Assembly (NCBI GenBank): GCA_951406725.2
Contig: OX597822.1
Coordinates: 92,938,001 to 93,002,000 of the forward strand
DNA from: Octopus vulgaris
Lineage: Eukaryota
Direction: 5' to 3'
DNA length: 64,000 bases
Position 1 is the first letter of the stretch. Each line of letters starts with the position of its first letter. This document shows, piece after piece, positions 38,759 through 51,135 of the stretch. The position numbers and the translations under genes are program-made. The notes beneath the pieces are model-generated. The model ran no database searches and was not told the DNA's origin. It saw only the letters and a program-made list of their open reading frames with translations.

Positions 38759-38762
<4 letters not shown>
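38456..38762. mobile_element. Foldback element in (TA)n with a hammerhead-like motif in each arm and a 3' tail
   Basis: Arms ~38456-38572 and ~38584-38699, tail to 38762. agataa-(C/T)CGAAGA-gatg...catc(c/t)-GAAA-CTCAGAG-TT-ttatct. Internally deleted copy at 41582-41745. Confidence 0.75.
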
Positions 38763-38801
<39 letters not shown>

Positions 38802-39200
38802 TTAGAGATTGGGAAACCAACCAACTAAGCAATAGTACCTACCTAATATACTGCTGGTACTGTACCCAATTATTCATACCCATGTGCTGGTTATTGCGTG
38901 GCAATTCCACAATTGAGTGTTATATATGGGCGGGAGTAAAAAAGTGGTTTACCCTTAATTTATACAGCAAATAAGAAAATGGAGGGGATACAAAGATGAC
39001 ATACATCAGCCGGTAGACATTTTAGTATGTCTATTTATTCCAAAGTAATAGAATGTATTAGAAGAATACATACACATGTAATACCCATTTGTTGCACTTG
39101 TACTAATATTATAGAAAAGAGCAAATGATCAGATTGCCAGTAGGTGCTAGTTCCTTACAGCCGTTTCTGCCCTATATATGTGTGTGTGTATGTATGTATA

Positions 39201-39238
<38 letters not shown>

Positions 39239-39621
39239 CTAGCAGTATCGCCCGGCGTTGCTCGGGTTTGTAAGGGAAATAACTATAAAGCATTTTTAGA
39301 GAGTTATAGCCAAAAATAGCAAAAAAATGGGAAAAAAAGGATGGTAAATTTTTTTTGATAGTTAAAAAGGTCGAGTTGCGTCCCCTAGACCATCTGTGGT
39401 TTGTGTTTCTGATTGTCGACCCCATGTCGAATTTATCGATCTTTTTCAGAACTGGGGGAACTTTTCAAAATTTTCGCTGCGTTAGTTTTGAATTATGACA
39501 TTGGGCTATGTGTGTGTCAAGTTTCATCAGAATCGGTTGAAAGCCGTGGTCAGAGTGAGGGTACAACCAAACAGACACACAGAAACACACACAGACAAAC
39601 TGCCGTTTATATATAGAGAGA
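39239..39621 (-). mobile_element. Non-autonomous Helitron, second near-identical copy
   Basis: Same termini as 37540-37888; inserted in a (TA)n run. Confidence 0.9.
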
Positions 39622-39915
39622 TATATATATATATATATATATTTTTTTCTCTCTGTCTGACTCTCTTTTTCTCTTTTGTTCTCTTCCCCTTTTCTCTCTC
39701 CCCCTCTCCAATATTCATATTCGTATTTCAGCTTCTTAAATTTCCTGTTTTAACATTAAAAAAAAATTTGCTTTTAGCCGATAACTTTACAGGTTGATGT
39801 TGTTGCTGTTGTTGTTGTTGTTGTTGTTGTTGATGTATTATGTTGTTGTTGTTGTTGTTATATAATGCCATTGTTGTTATTAATATCATTAACACTATGC
39901 CATTGTTATTGTTGC

Positions 39916-39969
<54 letters not shown>

Positions 39970-41508
39970 CCAACCCATCTTGGAAGTTAAATAACGATGA
40001 TAATAATAATATTTGCTTTTGTTTTTTTTTTTACTTTATTTTTTGTCGAGTGATTTGTATTTCTTTTTTGGGGTGTTTTTCTTGCCATATTTTATTTGTG
40101 CTTAATGGCTGGATTGCTTCCATAATGCTTTATAACTTTAATTGCTTTATTTCAATTATTATTATTATTGTTTTTGTTATGGATCACTTTAATGCTTTTC
40201 CTATGGATTGCTTCTGTGCTTTTTTAAAAATCTTTCTTGATGGATGTCATCTCTGTTGCTTTCATAATGGATGGCTTTTTTTTTTTTTTCGTTTTATTTC
40301 AACAGCATTACTCTGTAATAGTTTAATGTCAATAGTATTTAATGTAGAGAACATGGAAAGATAAATAAATAAAATAAATTAAAATAGAAATAATTATGCT
40401 AGGAACGAAAAAAAAAAAGAAAGAAAATGAATGAAAAATATTTAGTCATTTAATTGGCAAGTATGGGAGACAACTCTGCATGTGTTTTAACCTTATTACC
40501 AGCTGATCTTCTCAGCAAACCATATGATTCTCTCTACACAAGTGGATGGTATTGCCCCGCTGGGGCAGTGGAAGGTTCCAAGGGGGCATTGAAGAAAAGG
40601 GGGCGATAATGGGGTAGTGATTTGTGTAAAAAGTGGGGTGATAAGTGGAGCGATAATGAGCTTCATGTAAAAACAACAAGATAATGGGTTCATTAGGTTT
40701 TATTTGTGAAATACAGTTGCTTTGAATTTGCTTCAGAAAGGGGTCTGTGTTTGTGATGGTTTGTTGGGGGTGGGGGCAGTAGGAACATAGTCCGAGTGTC
40801 AAGGGGGTGGCAACCCGAAAAATTTTGGGAACCACTGCTCTACACTGTAAACGTATAAGAATCGTTTCTGACTCAGGGATGCCATCTGCATTGGAAACGA
40901 TACTTAAATTAGCATTAACATGTTTCATGTAGTGTACATTAAGAAAACCTACTTAGAAGTATTTGTATGTTAGATTTCTATATAGTTTGGGTTGTTGTGT
41001 AAGGAACTCCTCTCATGCAGATTGTTTTTAAAATGAGCTTCTTTGAAAATGGATTGCTGTGTAAAGGGTTATACATGTTCTAATGGGACGCCTTCTAACA
41101 AATTGCTTTTCTTATGGATCACTTAGCAAATTGCTCTCTCTCTTTCTTTCTTTGTTTCACTTACTCTCTTGGTATATATTGGCTGAAATGCACAAAAATA
41201 GAAAGCAATTATAAAAATAATGCATATCATGTAAAAAGCACCTGTGCTGGCACCACGTAAAAAGCACTCTGTACACCCTGTAAAGTGGTTGGCACCAGGA
41301 AGGGGCATCCAGCTGTAGAAACCATTCCAAAGCTGGCAGTTGGTGCCTGCTACAATGCTTCAGCCGGCCAGCTCTTGTCAAACCATCAAACCCATGACAT
41401 CATGGAAGAACAGACATTAAATGATGATGATGACAATATTTTATAATACATACTTATATATAGCTATACACACACACAAATTCTAATCTGTGTATATATA
41501 AAACATTT

Positions 41509-41555
<47 letters not shown>

Positions 41556-44454
41556 CTGTAAATGTAATCATCATCATCATCATATGTGACAATTATTCGG
41601 TAGCTATGATAAAACTCCGAGTTTCGGATGCCGAGGTGGAAATCCACGCCGCCATCAGACACATATTACATTTACAGATAAATTCCTCTATTTACATAAT
41701 ATCGAGGTCTCTTTCATTCTTTTGTTGTCTTACCATTTTTATCAATACACACACACACACATACACAATATTTATAGCTCCTGTCTATCTAACTCTCTCT
41801 CATGTGGCAGTGGCCTCCGTGGGGCCATAGCAGAAGTTACTTGACTAAAGTGCCATGCTGTGGGACTGAACCTGAAACTGTTTGGTTGCAAAGTGAATTT
41901 CTTTGTTACACAGTAATATAATGCACACACACACACACACACTCTCATACACACAATTTATTCCCATGTGCACATGTATAAGTATTCACATTGTTATTGC
42001 TGTAGGAAGTTCATATTGACATCATTATATCGGTTGTGCCATTTGCTTTTCCACTTTTTGGAAACATCAGAACATTGCTTCTAGAATCTACCATTCTGCT
42101 ATATAAGTTGTAAGATCTTTCAGCTCTCTGCAAATATAGACACATTTAGGCTCTGTACATATCTACAGGTGGTGGTGGTGATGGTGATGGAGGCCTATAC
42201 ACAGCAAACCCACCTACATTCATACAACCTTGCCATGTGGAGTAGGTGCTTATTCAAATTCTGCTAAATTTATTAAAGAATTCTTTCCTCAAAAACTGGC
42301 TTTTATTTACTAAATGACAGAAAAACAAGGACTCATCTTGTGAGGAACAACCACCAAAATGAAATGACATCAGTTGAGCTATCAATTTGTTTCATTTGTA
42401 CATTTATTTAGTTTTCTATTTTAATTAATTTATTTATTGGTTTATTTCAAAATATCTTAGAAAATGCTTGGTGCTTTAAGCTAGCTATGGCAGAGACAAT
42501 TTTAATATTTTTTTTTAAACTAAAAGAATTTATTGTTGTTATCATTTTTAGAATGATTTAAAAGTGGAGATATTAATAATATGGAGATGGCCTGTGGCTA
42601 ATTGGATGCTGTGTCAGTTGTCATCAGAGTATAAGATTTATTTCCTAAAGAGAAACTATTACAACACCTGAAATGGTTAAACATTAAGAGGAGTGCTCCA
42701 GTAATCTTCTCTTCTTGGAACATGGTCTTGGAAGGGTTTTTGTCCCCCTGTTTGATGCTGTTCGTTAAGGCTTGACAGTTAACCTGAAGGAAAGGAAAAT
42801 ACCCAAGTAAAAAAAAAAACCCCAATATTTTATGCCCATACTGTGAAAATAATCATGATAATAACGATAATCCTTTCTGCCATAGACACAAGACCTGAAA
42901 TTCAGGGGAGTGGGTGGGGGTGGCTAGTCGATTACAACAACCTCAGTACTCAACTGGTACTTAATTTATTGACCCTGAAAGGATGAAAGGTAAAGTCAAC
43001 CTTGGCAGAATTTGAACTCAGGACATAATAACAATCGTTTGCCTGGAATGCTAATGATTCTGCCACTCACTGCCTTAATAATAATTATGATAATACTAAT
43101 AATCCTTTCTACTCTAGGCACAAGGCATGAAATTTGAGGGAGGGCGGATAATTGATTACATTGACCCTAGTGTTTTACTGGTACATAATTTATTCTTTTC
43201 TACTCTAGGCACAATGCCTGAAATTTTTGGGGAGGGGGCCAGTCAATTAGATTGATCCCAGTATGCAACTGGTACTTAGTGTATCAACTCCGAAAGGATG
43301 AAAGGCAAAGTTGACCATGGCGGAATTTGAACTCAGAATGTAAAGACAGACGAAATGCTGCTAAGCATTTTACTCCACATGCTAATGGTTCTGCTAGCTT
43401 TTTGCCATATTAATAGTCATCATAATCTTAACATAGGCACAAGTCAGGAGTAAGGGTCAGGAAATTAAATCAACATCAGCACTTGACTCGTATTCTATTC
43501 TTTCAACCCTGAAAGGATGGAAGTGAAGAAAGTTGACCTGAGTGGGGTTTGAACTCAGAATATGGAGTATTGGAATTAAATGCTAATACACTGCCCTCAT
43601 TTAAACTAAATTAGAATGAGTTGGGAGCATTTTATCTGATGCTCTGATACTTTTTAGTGGAACCCTAGAAATTTCAGGTTTCATTTTTCAATTCTAATGG
43701 GTGAAATACTCACACACACACACGCGCGTGTGTGTATGTATTCATAAATAGTTGTTTTACTTATTTTAGTCACTGGACTGTGGCCATGCTGGAGCACTGC
43801 CTTAAAGGGTTTTAGTTGAGCAATTTGACCCCAGCACTTATGGCTATTTTTTTTTCCTCCCAAAGTCTGGTAGTTTTCTGTCAGTTTCTTTTGTGGAACT
43901 GCTATGTTACTAGGATGTAAACAAACCAACACTGGTTGTCAGGGTGGTGGTGGGGGACAAGCACACTCACACACATATGCTTAAACGCAACAGGCTTCCA
44001 CACAGCATTCTGTCTGCAAAATTAGCTTGCAAGGCTTTGGACTGGTCTGTATGGGGCTAGAATAGAAGACCGTCACCCAAGGTACCCCACAGTGGGGATG
44101 AACCTGAAACTATTTGACTGCAAAGTAATCTCACCCCCCCCCCTTCACCCCAAATGTAATTCTTCAGAACTACTTAAGCAGCATTCTTTTACGTTAAAGA
44201 TTTTGATTAAGTCTTTGATGTCATTCCACTGTTAAGGTTGTTTAAAGTGTAACACTTAAAGAACAAAACAAAAGAACCTTATGACAAGCATAATAAAAAC
44301 AACAACTATCATAATAATAATAATATTTCTTTAATTGAGAAATTGGTAATTTTTTGAAAAAAAAAATATATAATAATAATAATAATATAAATAATGTAAT
44401 ACAAAATATAAATGATGTAATAAATAAATAAATAATGATAATAATAATAGAATA

Positions 44455-44500
<46 letters not shown>

Positions 44501-44690
44501 GTAATTTATGCTCATTTAGTGGTTCCAGATAACTGTATATTTAGGAAGACGATTGAACTCTATTTGACAATGGCATGTTTCTGTAACCCTACGTGTCTCT
44601 CCATTATCTCTCTGACCGTTTGTCTCTCTATATCTATCTGTCTATCTATCTTTCACTTTATTACTTTGCATGGCATTGTTCGACGTCTAG

Positions 44691-44735
44691 ATGTGGCCAT
44701 GGTCACAGATAACGAGGAATGGTTGGAAAAGCAAG
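44691..44735 (+). CDS. 45-nt symmetric microexon of the AKAP9-like gene (DVAMVTDNEEWLEKQ)
   Basis: Acceptor cgtctAG after a long pyrimidine-rich tract, donor CAAG|GTTAGT, phase 1-1, no stop, fits between exons 16031 and 50016. Internal GCCATGG Kozak ATG. Confidence 0.65.
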
Positions 44736-45339
44736 GTTAGTCTTGATATATCTATCTATATATCTATATGACATTTCTGTTCAACTAACACTAACAGTAT
44801 TATTTTTATTATAATTATTTATATTATTATTAACATACTAATTCTTTCTGCTATAGGCATAATACCTGAAACTTGGGATGGGGATGAGGGCTAGTTGACT
44901 AAGTCGGTGTTTGACTGGTTCTGATTTTTGGCACCCGGCAGATGCCAGGACCCCTGGACTGGTGGTACATAAAAAGCACCATCCGAATCGTGGCCGATGC
45001 CAGTGCCGCCTCGACTGGCCTCCGTGCTGGTGGCACGTAAAATGCACCAATCCGACCGTGGCCATTGCCAGCCTTGCCTGGCACCTGTGCAGGTGGCACG
45101 TAAAAAGTACCCACTACACTCACGGAGTGGTTGGCGTTAGGAAGGGCATCCTGCTGTAGAAACATTGCCAGATAAGACTGGAGCCTGGTGCAGCCTTCTG
45201 GCTTCCCAGATCCCCAGTCGAACCGTCCAACCCATGCTAGCATGGAGAACGGATGTTAAACGATGATGATGATGATGATGAAGGGCAAAGTTGGCCTCAA
45301 TTGAATCTGAAGTTGCTGTGTAAAACTGGAAGGAATGCT

Positions 45340-45761
45340 AGAAAGTTACTGTTTTAAAATCTCACAACGAGAGATATTCAGCAACAGTACTTTGGAGTAA
45401 AGATTGTTTGCCAACATAACATGGCAGTCCTGGTTTAGGACTAATGTTGCTGTAATTTATCCCCAGGAAACATTGTCTCCAGCTGGCTGTACGGCACGAT
45501 CTGTGTCCTTATATTTTCGAACAAGGGAATCTAGCACCCCCACTCAGCTCAAAACAATATCTGTGTATTGCAATTTCTGGGTTATTTCCCTCCATCAGCA
45601 TAGAATAATTGTTCGGCAATACACAGATATTGTCTTGAGCTGAGTGGGGGTGCTATATTCCCTTGTCTAAAAATATAAGGACACAGATGTCTCCTGGGGC
45701 TAAATTACAGCATCATTCGTCCTAAACCAGGACTGCCATGTTATGTTGGCAAACAATCTTT
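45340..45761 (-). mobile_element. Foldback element with a central hammerhead-like motif, tail and 15-bp TSD, inserted in a family B SINE
   Basis: Arms 45396-45571 and 45616-45764. Direct repeat ACTGGAAGGA(A/G)TGCT at 45325-45339 and 45762-45776. Minus strand 45561-45603: ctatg-CTGATGG-a-ggg(aaataa)ccc-a-GAAA-TTGCAA-TA-cacag. Confidence 0.75.
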
Positions 45762-46199
45762 ACTGGAAGGAGTGCTGTTAAGTGTTTTGTCTGGTGTGCA
45801 AACGATTCTGCCACCTTGTTGCCATTTTTAATTATTCTGTTTATTATAGGTGCCAGACTTGAAATTTTGTTTCGAGGGTGGGCTGGTTGATTACATTGAC
45901 CTCCACCCCACCACTGGTGTTTACCTTGTTTATTTTATCGACCATGAAAAGATAACAGTCAAAGTTAACTTCAGTAGTGTTTGAACTCAGAATGTAAAAC
46001 CAGAAAAAATGGCACTAAGCACTTTTTCTGGCATGCCAACGAGTTTGCGAGCTCACCACCTTCTATTTAGACTAATTGTTTCTAATTTAAGCACAAGGCA
46101 AGCAATTTTGGCGGTGGTAGTGGTGGTGGTGGTGGGGGGGGGGAATCAATATCATTCCCCTACCCCACTCAAATATTTGACTTGTACTTTATTCTATAA

Positions 46200-46675
46200 A
46201 ACCTGGCAAAGTGGCTGAGTTCCTTCCGAGCATTGGGTCTCACAGAGGCAAGTGGCTGAGTTCCTTCTGAGTGTTGGTCCACACTGAGGCAAAGTGGCTG
46301 AGTTCCTTTTGAGCATTGGGCTTCACAGAAGCAAAGTGGTTGAGTTCCTTCTGAGTGTTGGTCCACACAGAGGCAAAGTGACTGAGTTCCTTCTGAGTGT
46401 TGGTCCACACAGAGGCAAAGAGGTTGAGTTCCTTCTGAGCAATACCTTTGGCATTATGTTGTGGCAGATACTAGTGTCATGCAAATGGCACCCATGCCAA
46501 TGACACAAAAAAGCACCCATTACACTCTCAGAGTGGCTGGCATTAGGTAGGGCATCCAGCTGTAGAAAACCATGCCAAATCAGACTGGAGTCTGGTGCAG
46601 CCTCCCTGTTTGCCAAACCCGATCAAACCGTCCAACCCATGCCAGCATGGGCAATGGACGTTAAATGACGATGAA
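46200..46675 (+). mobile_element. RTE-related 3' fragment with 42-bp minisatellite (~6 units)
   Basis: Units GAGGCAAAGTGGCTGAGTTCCTTCTGAGTGTTGGTCCACACA followed by the RTE 3'UTR. Reverse-orientation relative of 1255-1835. Confidence 0.75.
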
Positions 46676-48640
46676 AGGCAAAGTTAGTCTTGGTGAAATT
46701 TGAGCTCAGAATATAATGAGCTGAAAGAATTACCAGAAAGAATATTCTCCAATGTGCTAATGACTCTGCCAATCTGCTGAGTAATAGCAGGATGTAGCTA
46801 GAAAGATGAAGACATTTTGGAAGACAAAGCTGATAATTATTTCTATGGTTTTAGGTGCATTTGGTTATTTTGCTTGGATAAAAAGCAAAAGTAATGAAAA
46901 TGCAGGACAAAGAATATTGCTGAAATTCTTTGAGAAATATTGGTAACAAGTACTGAGAAATAAGAAATAATTTATTCTACGAGACCTGGAACAAAGCAAT
47001 GTTGACTTTGGCAGAATTTGAACTCTGAATGTAATGATAGAGGAAATGCTGCCAAGCGTTTTGTCCCACATGCTAATGGTTCAACCAGCTCTCTCTGCCA
47101 TAACAATCTTTCTACTTTAGGCTCAAAGCCTGAAATTTCGGGGGAGCAGGGGTGGGGTAAGTTGATTATATTGATCCCAGTGCTTGACTGGTATTAATTT
47201 TATCAAGTTTTGGGCTGATGAAAGGGAAAGTTGACACCAGCGAAATTTGAACTCTGAATGTAAAGACGAATGAAATACTGTTAAACATTTCACCTGGCGT
47301 GCTTAATGATTCTGTCAGCTTGCTACTTTATAAATAACAATAATAGTGATTTCAAATTTTGGCACAAGGCCAGCACTTTCGTGAGATTACATCGACTCCC
47401 AGTGCTTAACTGGTAGCTGTTTCAGCATCCTCGAAAGGATGAAAGGCAAAGTCGACCTCAGGGGAATTTGAACTCAGAACATACAGACTGACAAAATACT
47501 TTTAAGCATTTCACCCGGCATTCTAACAAAAAAAAAAAAAAAAAAACAAAAAAACAAATGTTATTGATTGCTTTATTTTTCAATATTAACCACACAGAAA
47601 ATGAAGTTTATTTTTTATTCTACGCTCTTCTGAATAATTTCAACTTTTTTATATTCTTACTAAGCACTAGTTAAACACAGAGAAAAAGAGAGAGAGACTG
47701 AGAGAGTACGAGCCTGTGTGCATGCGTGTATCTGTGTGTGTGTGTGTGTGTGGCTTGATTTAAGGGTCAGTAGAATTTTGGAATTACAAAGATAAAAGAA
47801 AAGAATAGACACAGATTGAGGTGAATTATGTTTTTTTTTAATTGCGTGTGCAATGGTATGATTGGTTATATTGGCTTATGGGTAGGATAACAAGTTCCTA
47901 CCATTCTACCATTCTAAGTAATACAGACAAAACACCAACACACTGATATACAGATATGTGTGTGTATGTAGAAGGACAAAACGAGAGATCAGAAATGCAC
48001 AGACAGAAACCGAAATCCTAAACAAGGCAAGATGAATTCCTTGTGATTTCTTCATCTGATGCCATGGAAATGGAAACGGTTAATTAGGATCTTTTAGATG
48101 TTGTCCTTCATAATGTAGGTCGGATCACAAGATCTCTGTGTTTGATTCTGCCGGCTGTGGTCTTTGAATATACTGTCATCATCAGGGTACACACATATCT
48201 TTATTTTTTACATTTTGGTTTTTGTATTCATCAATTAAATGGCTTGATATGTGTTAAACCCGAAGTAACCACATCATAGATGAGTCAGTTTCAACAGTTA
48301 AAACACACACAAAAACCTGTCATATTCTGTTTTCATTTATTTTTTGAGGTGTTAAATTTTCTACACATGTCTGTGACCACCTCACTGACTCAGTTCCACT
48401 GCAACTGTTGCTGGTGACCTTTTAAAAGCATCATGCTTTTGTTTTTCATTTTAAATATTTCTCATGATGTAATTTAATATTTTAGTCTAAAGGCTTTGGC
48501 CATAGATGAACTCGTTCAGGATTAACCCGGGGCTAAACACCACCAGCAGTTTGCACACTTCATAAAGACATGACAATAGCCACCAGTTGTCACTCTTATT
48601 TCTTTCTTTGTCTAACAACAAAAACAGCTTCTCTCTTTTA

Positions 48641-48725
48641 TAAACACCTAACAACAACAGATTCTTCTGTTTTCAAACACCTAACAACAACAGATTCTTC
48701 TGTTTTCAAACACCTAACAACAAGT
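48641..48725. repeat. 33-bp tandem repeat, ~2.5 copies
   Basis: AAACACCTAACAACAACAGATTCTTCTGTTTTC repeated. Confidence 0.9.
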
Positions 48726-50015
48726 TGTCACTTTCTACAAACATTTAACAACATTTAACAAAACTGATTTATTAATCTTTATTAAACCAAACTTGATATT
48801 TCTTTATTAATCTTTGGTCTTGTTTTAAGTCAAGTTGTTGCTTCGTCCCTTCTGCATCCAATTTACTCAATCAGATGTAATGCTTATTTCTTCAAAATTT
48901 CATTGATGTGATTGTTTACTTTTTAGAATGACATTGTAGGGTTGGTACAAGAAGCCAGATCTGGACAGTTTGAGCTTAAAACAGGAAGAACATTTGGGGT
49001 CAGATATTGCTAATTTAAATGCTATAAAGGGTTGAGATTTTTTCCCTTCTGTTTTTCCATAACAAATGCAGTGGAGCACCTGTTTAACATTTTGTTGCTG
49101 TTGTTGTTGTTGCAGTTGTTGTTGTTGTAATTGCTGGTGTTGTTGTTATTTGCTGTTGTTGCACATAAAATAAGGCGGCATGTTTTGTTGCATTGATGTG
49201 GAATTGTTGTGGCTGTCCTTCTGGTTTATGCAGCCTACTCATGAAAATGGGTTTTATGAACTCAGAGTATGCTCAGGCACATGAGGCCGAGGTTGGGAAT
49301 GACGGGAGTTAGACTCTCTAAACCCCCATTCATCATGCATTGAACAGTAGTGGAACCCTAGTTTAGTCCAGAGTCAACCATGGCCTAAATTAGTGAAGAA
49401 AATGGCAGGGAGGGGGAGGAGGTGATGACTAAACTAGATTTGCTTTGGCCCAAGGTCAACACATGATAACCAGTCCAGCCAACTCCACCTTATTTTGTAA
49501 CTTGCACACAGGGGACCTAGAATCACAGTGACCAACCTGTTTTTGTTTTTAAATGGTAAAATGCGGTGAGAGAGAGATTTGGCTGTTATTTTCAGCAGGT
49601 TCAGTGACAACATAATGGCTCTGTGAAGTTTTCCATCATTATACCTGGAAATCGTTTATGCATTCCTTGACTGATGTTTGCCTTTTGTTGTGGTTTAGTC
49701 CCTGCTCCATCCAGGTCATCCCTGATGGGGGTAACCTATGATTAAAGGTTTTTCAGCCACGTATGGCTCTGCTCCTTATAAAAATTGATCATCTTTTGGT
49801 TAAAGGAAATCTAAATAAGTATGCTAGTGATGATGATGTTGTTTATTATTATTGAGGTTTGTAATGCTAATATATTGTCATTTTTTCTTTTCTTTTTTTT
49901 TTTGTTTATTCCCTTATTCGTTGCTCTGCTGCCTTGCTGGGTTTCTTTCTTTCACCAATCAAACTTTCACCAATCAAACCTGACCTCCACATCGACCCCT
50001 TCAATGGACAATCAG

Positions 50016-50248
50016 GCCTATTGGATGAGATACGCCAGCTAAACGATGACAAACGGCTTATGTCCCAGCTGATGCAACAAAATCAGGAGAGCTACGAGAA
50101 AAGGATGCATGAACTGCTTAGTTCTGGCGAGGACATAGAACATCGGTACAGTGAGCTTCTGGAGGAGAAGCGCCAGCAGGTGGATGACCTCAAGTTGCAG
50201 CTGGAGGCCGTCGACAGACAGCTGAAGGCCAACAAGCAATTTCTCAAT
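50016..50248 (+). CDS. AKAP9: AKAP9/pericentrin-like exon (GLLDEIRQLNDDK...QLEAVDRQLKANKQFLN)
   Basis: Acceptor caatcAG, donor AAT|GTAAGT, phase 1-0. Resembles AKAP9 LLQETEKLMKEK...QNQALEKQLEKMRKFLD. Confidence 0.92.
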
Positions 50249-50939
50249 GTAAGTTTCTACCTAGTGAAAGACTCATCAGCTTATCTATGTGACTTTCACC
50301 CTCAATCTGGTCTCTGTTCTCGTGTGCGTGCGTACATGTGTGTGTGTTTGTGTGTATGTTTGTTGGTATTGTGTGTATTTGTGGTTGTGTATGCACCATT
50401 AGGTATTGTGTGGATGTGTGTGTACATGCACATGTATGTGTTTATGTATGTGTATATGTGCATCTTTATTGATATTGTGAGGGTGTGGTTATGTGTGCAC
50501 CTTTTTACATGTGTGTATGATTCTCTGTATGTTGTGTGCATTTCTCTGTGCATATCTTTGTACATATGTGCATGTTTGTGTGTGCACGTTTTTTTCAGTG
50601 TGTGTATGTGTGTGTGTGTGTGTATGTGGATCTAAGAATATGATTGCATTATAGTGGCGTGATTAGTTGTTGCTGTTTAACCTAAAGTCAGTCTTGATCA
50701 AACAGACTTATGATCAAAGGCATTCCAGCCATGACCATTCTGCCTTTTCCCTATGTGTAACGAACCCAAGATTACATTATCCAATGTATCCTTTCCTAAG
50801 ATGATATGATGTGATTTGAGAGAGATTTGGTTACTGTTTCTTGCAGGTCAAATGGTTATGTAGAAGCTTCTTTGTTGCTTTGTGGTGTAGACGGTAGCTC
50901 CATCTGGTGTTATGGGTGGGTTGTATCTGATGTGGTGCA

Positions 50940-51135
50940 GTATTTTGATCGAGGTAGGCCAAGAAGAAGGTGGTTTGATAATATCCATAGTTTTGGTCAG
51001 CCATGCTTGGGAATCCAGCTGAAAAGTCTAATGATGGTTGCTTCTGATAGGACCCTAAAGAGGAGGTGCCTGGCGACCTTTCCACCATGACCTTCCCAAC
51101 AGTACGGGGCAGAAAAGATGGATGGATTGATGGAT
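50940..51135 (+). mobile_element. RTE-like LINE 3' remnant, second family
   Basis: DRGRPRRRWFDNI motif and a (GATG)n tail. Confidence 0.6.

Noticed and set aside
39840-40364. 174-aa hydrophobic ORF and possible terminal exon from acceptor 40305
   Set aside because: Begins in (TTG)/(TTA)n repeats, the antisense frame has stops, and no family motif is present. The acceptor followed by AATAAA is easily chance in AT-rich DNA.
48098-48118. 21-nt phase-1 symmetric microexon (DVVLHNV)
   Set aside because: Weak donor (GTCGGA) and short pyrimidine tract; unsupported without reads.
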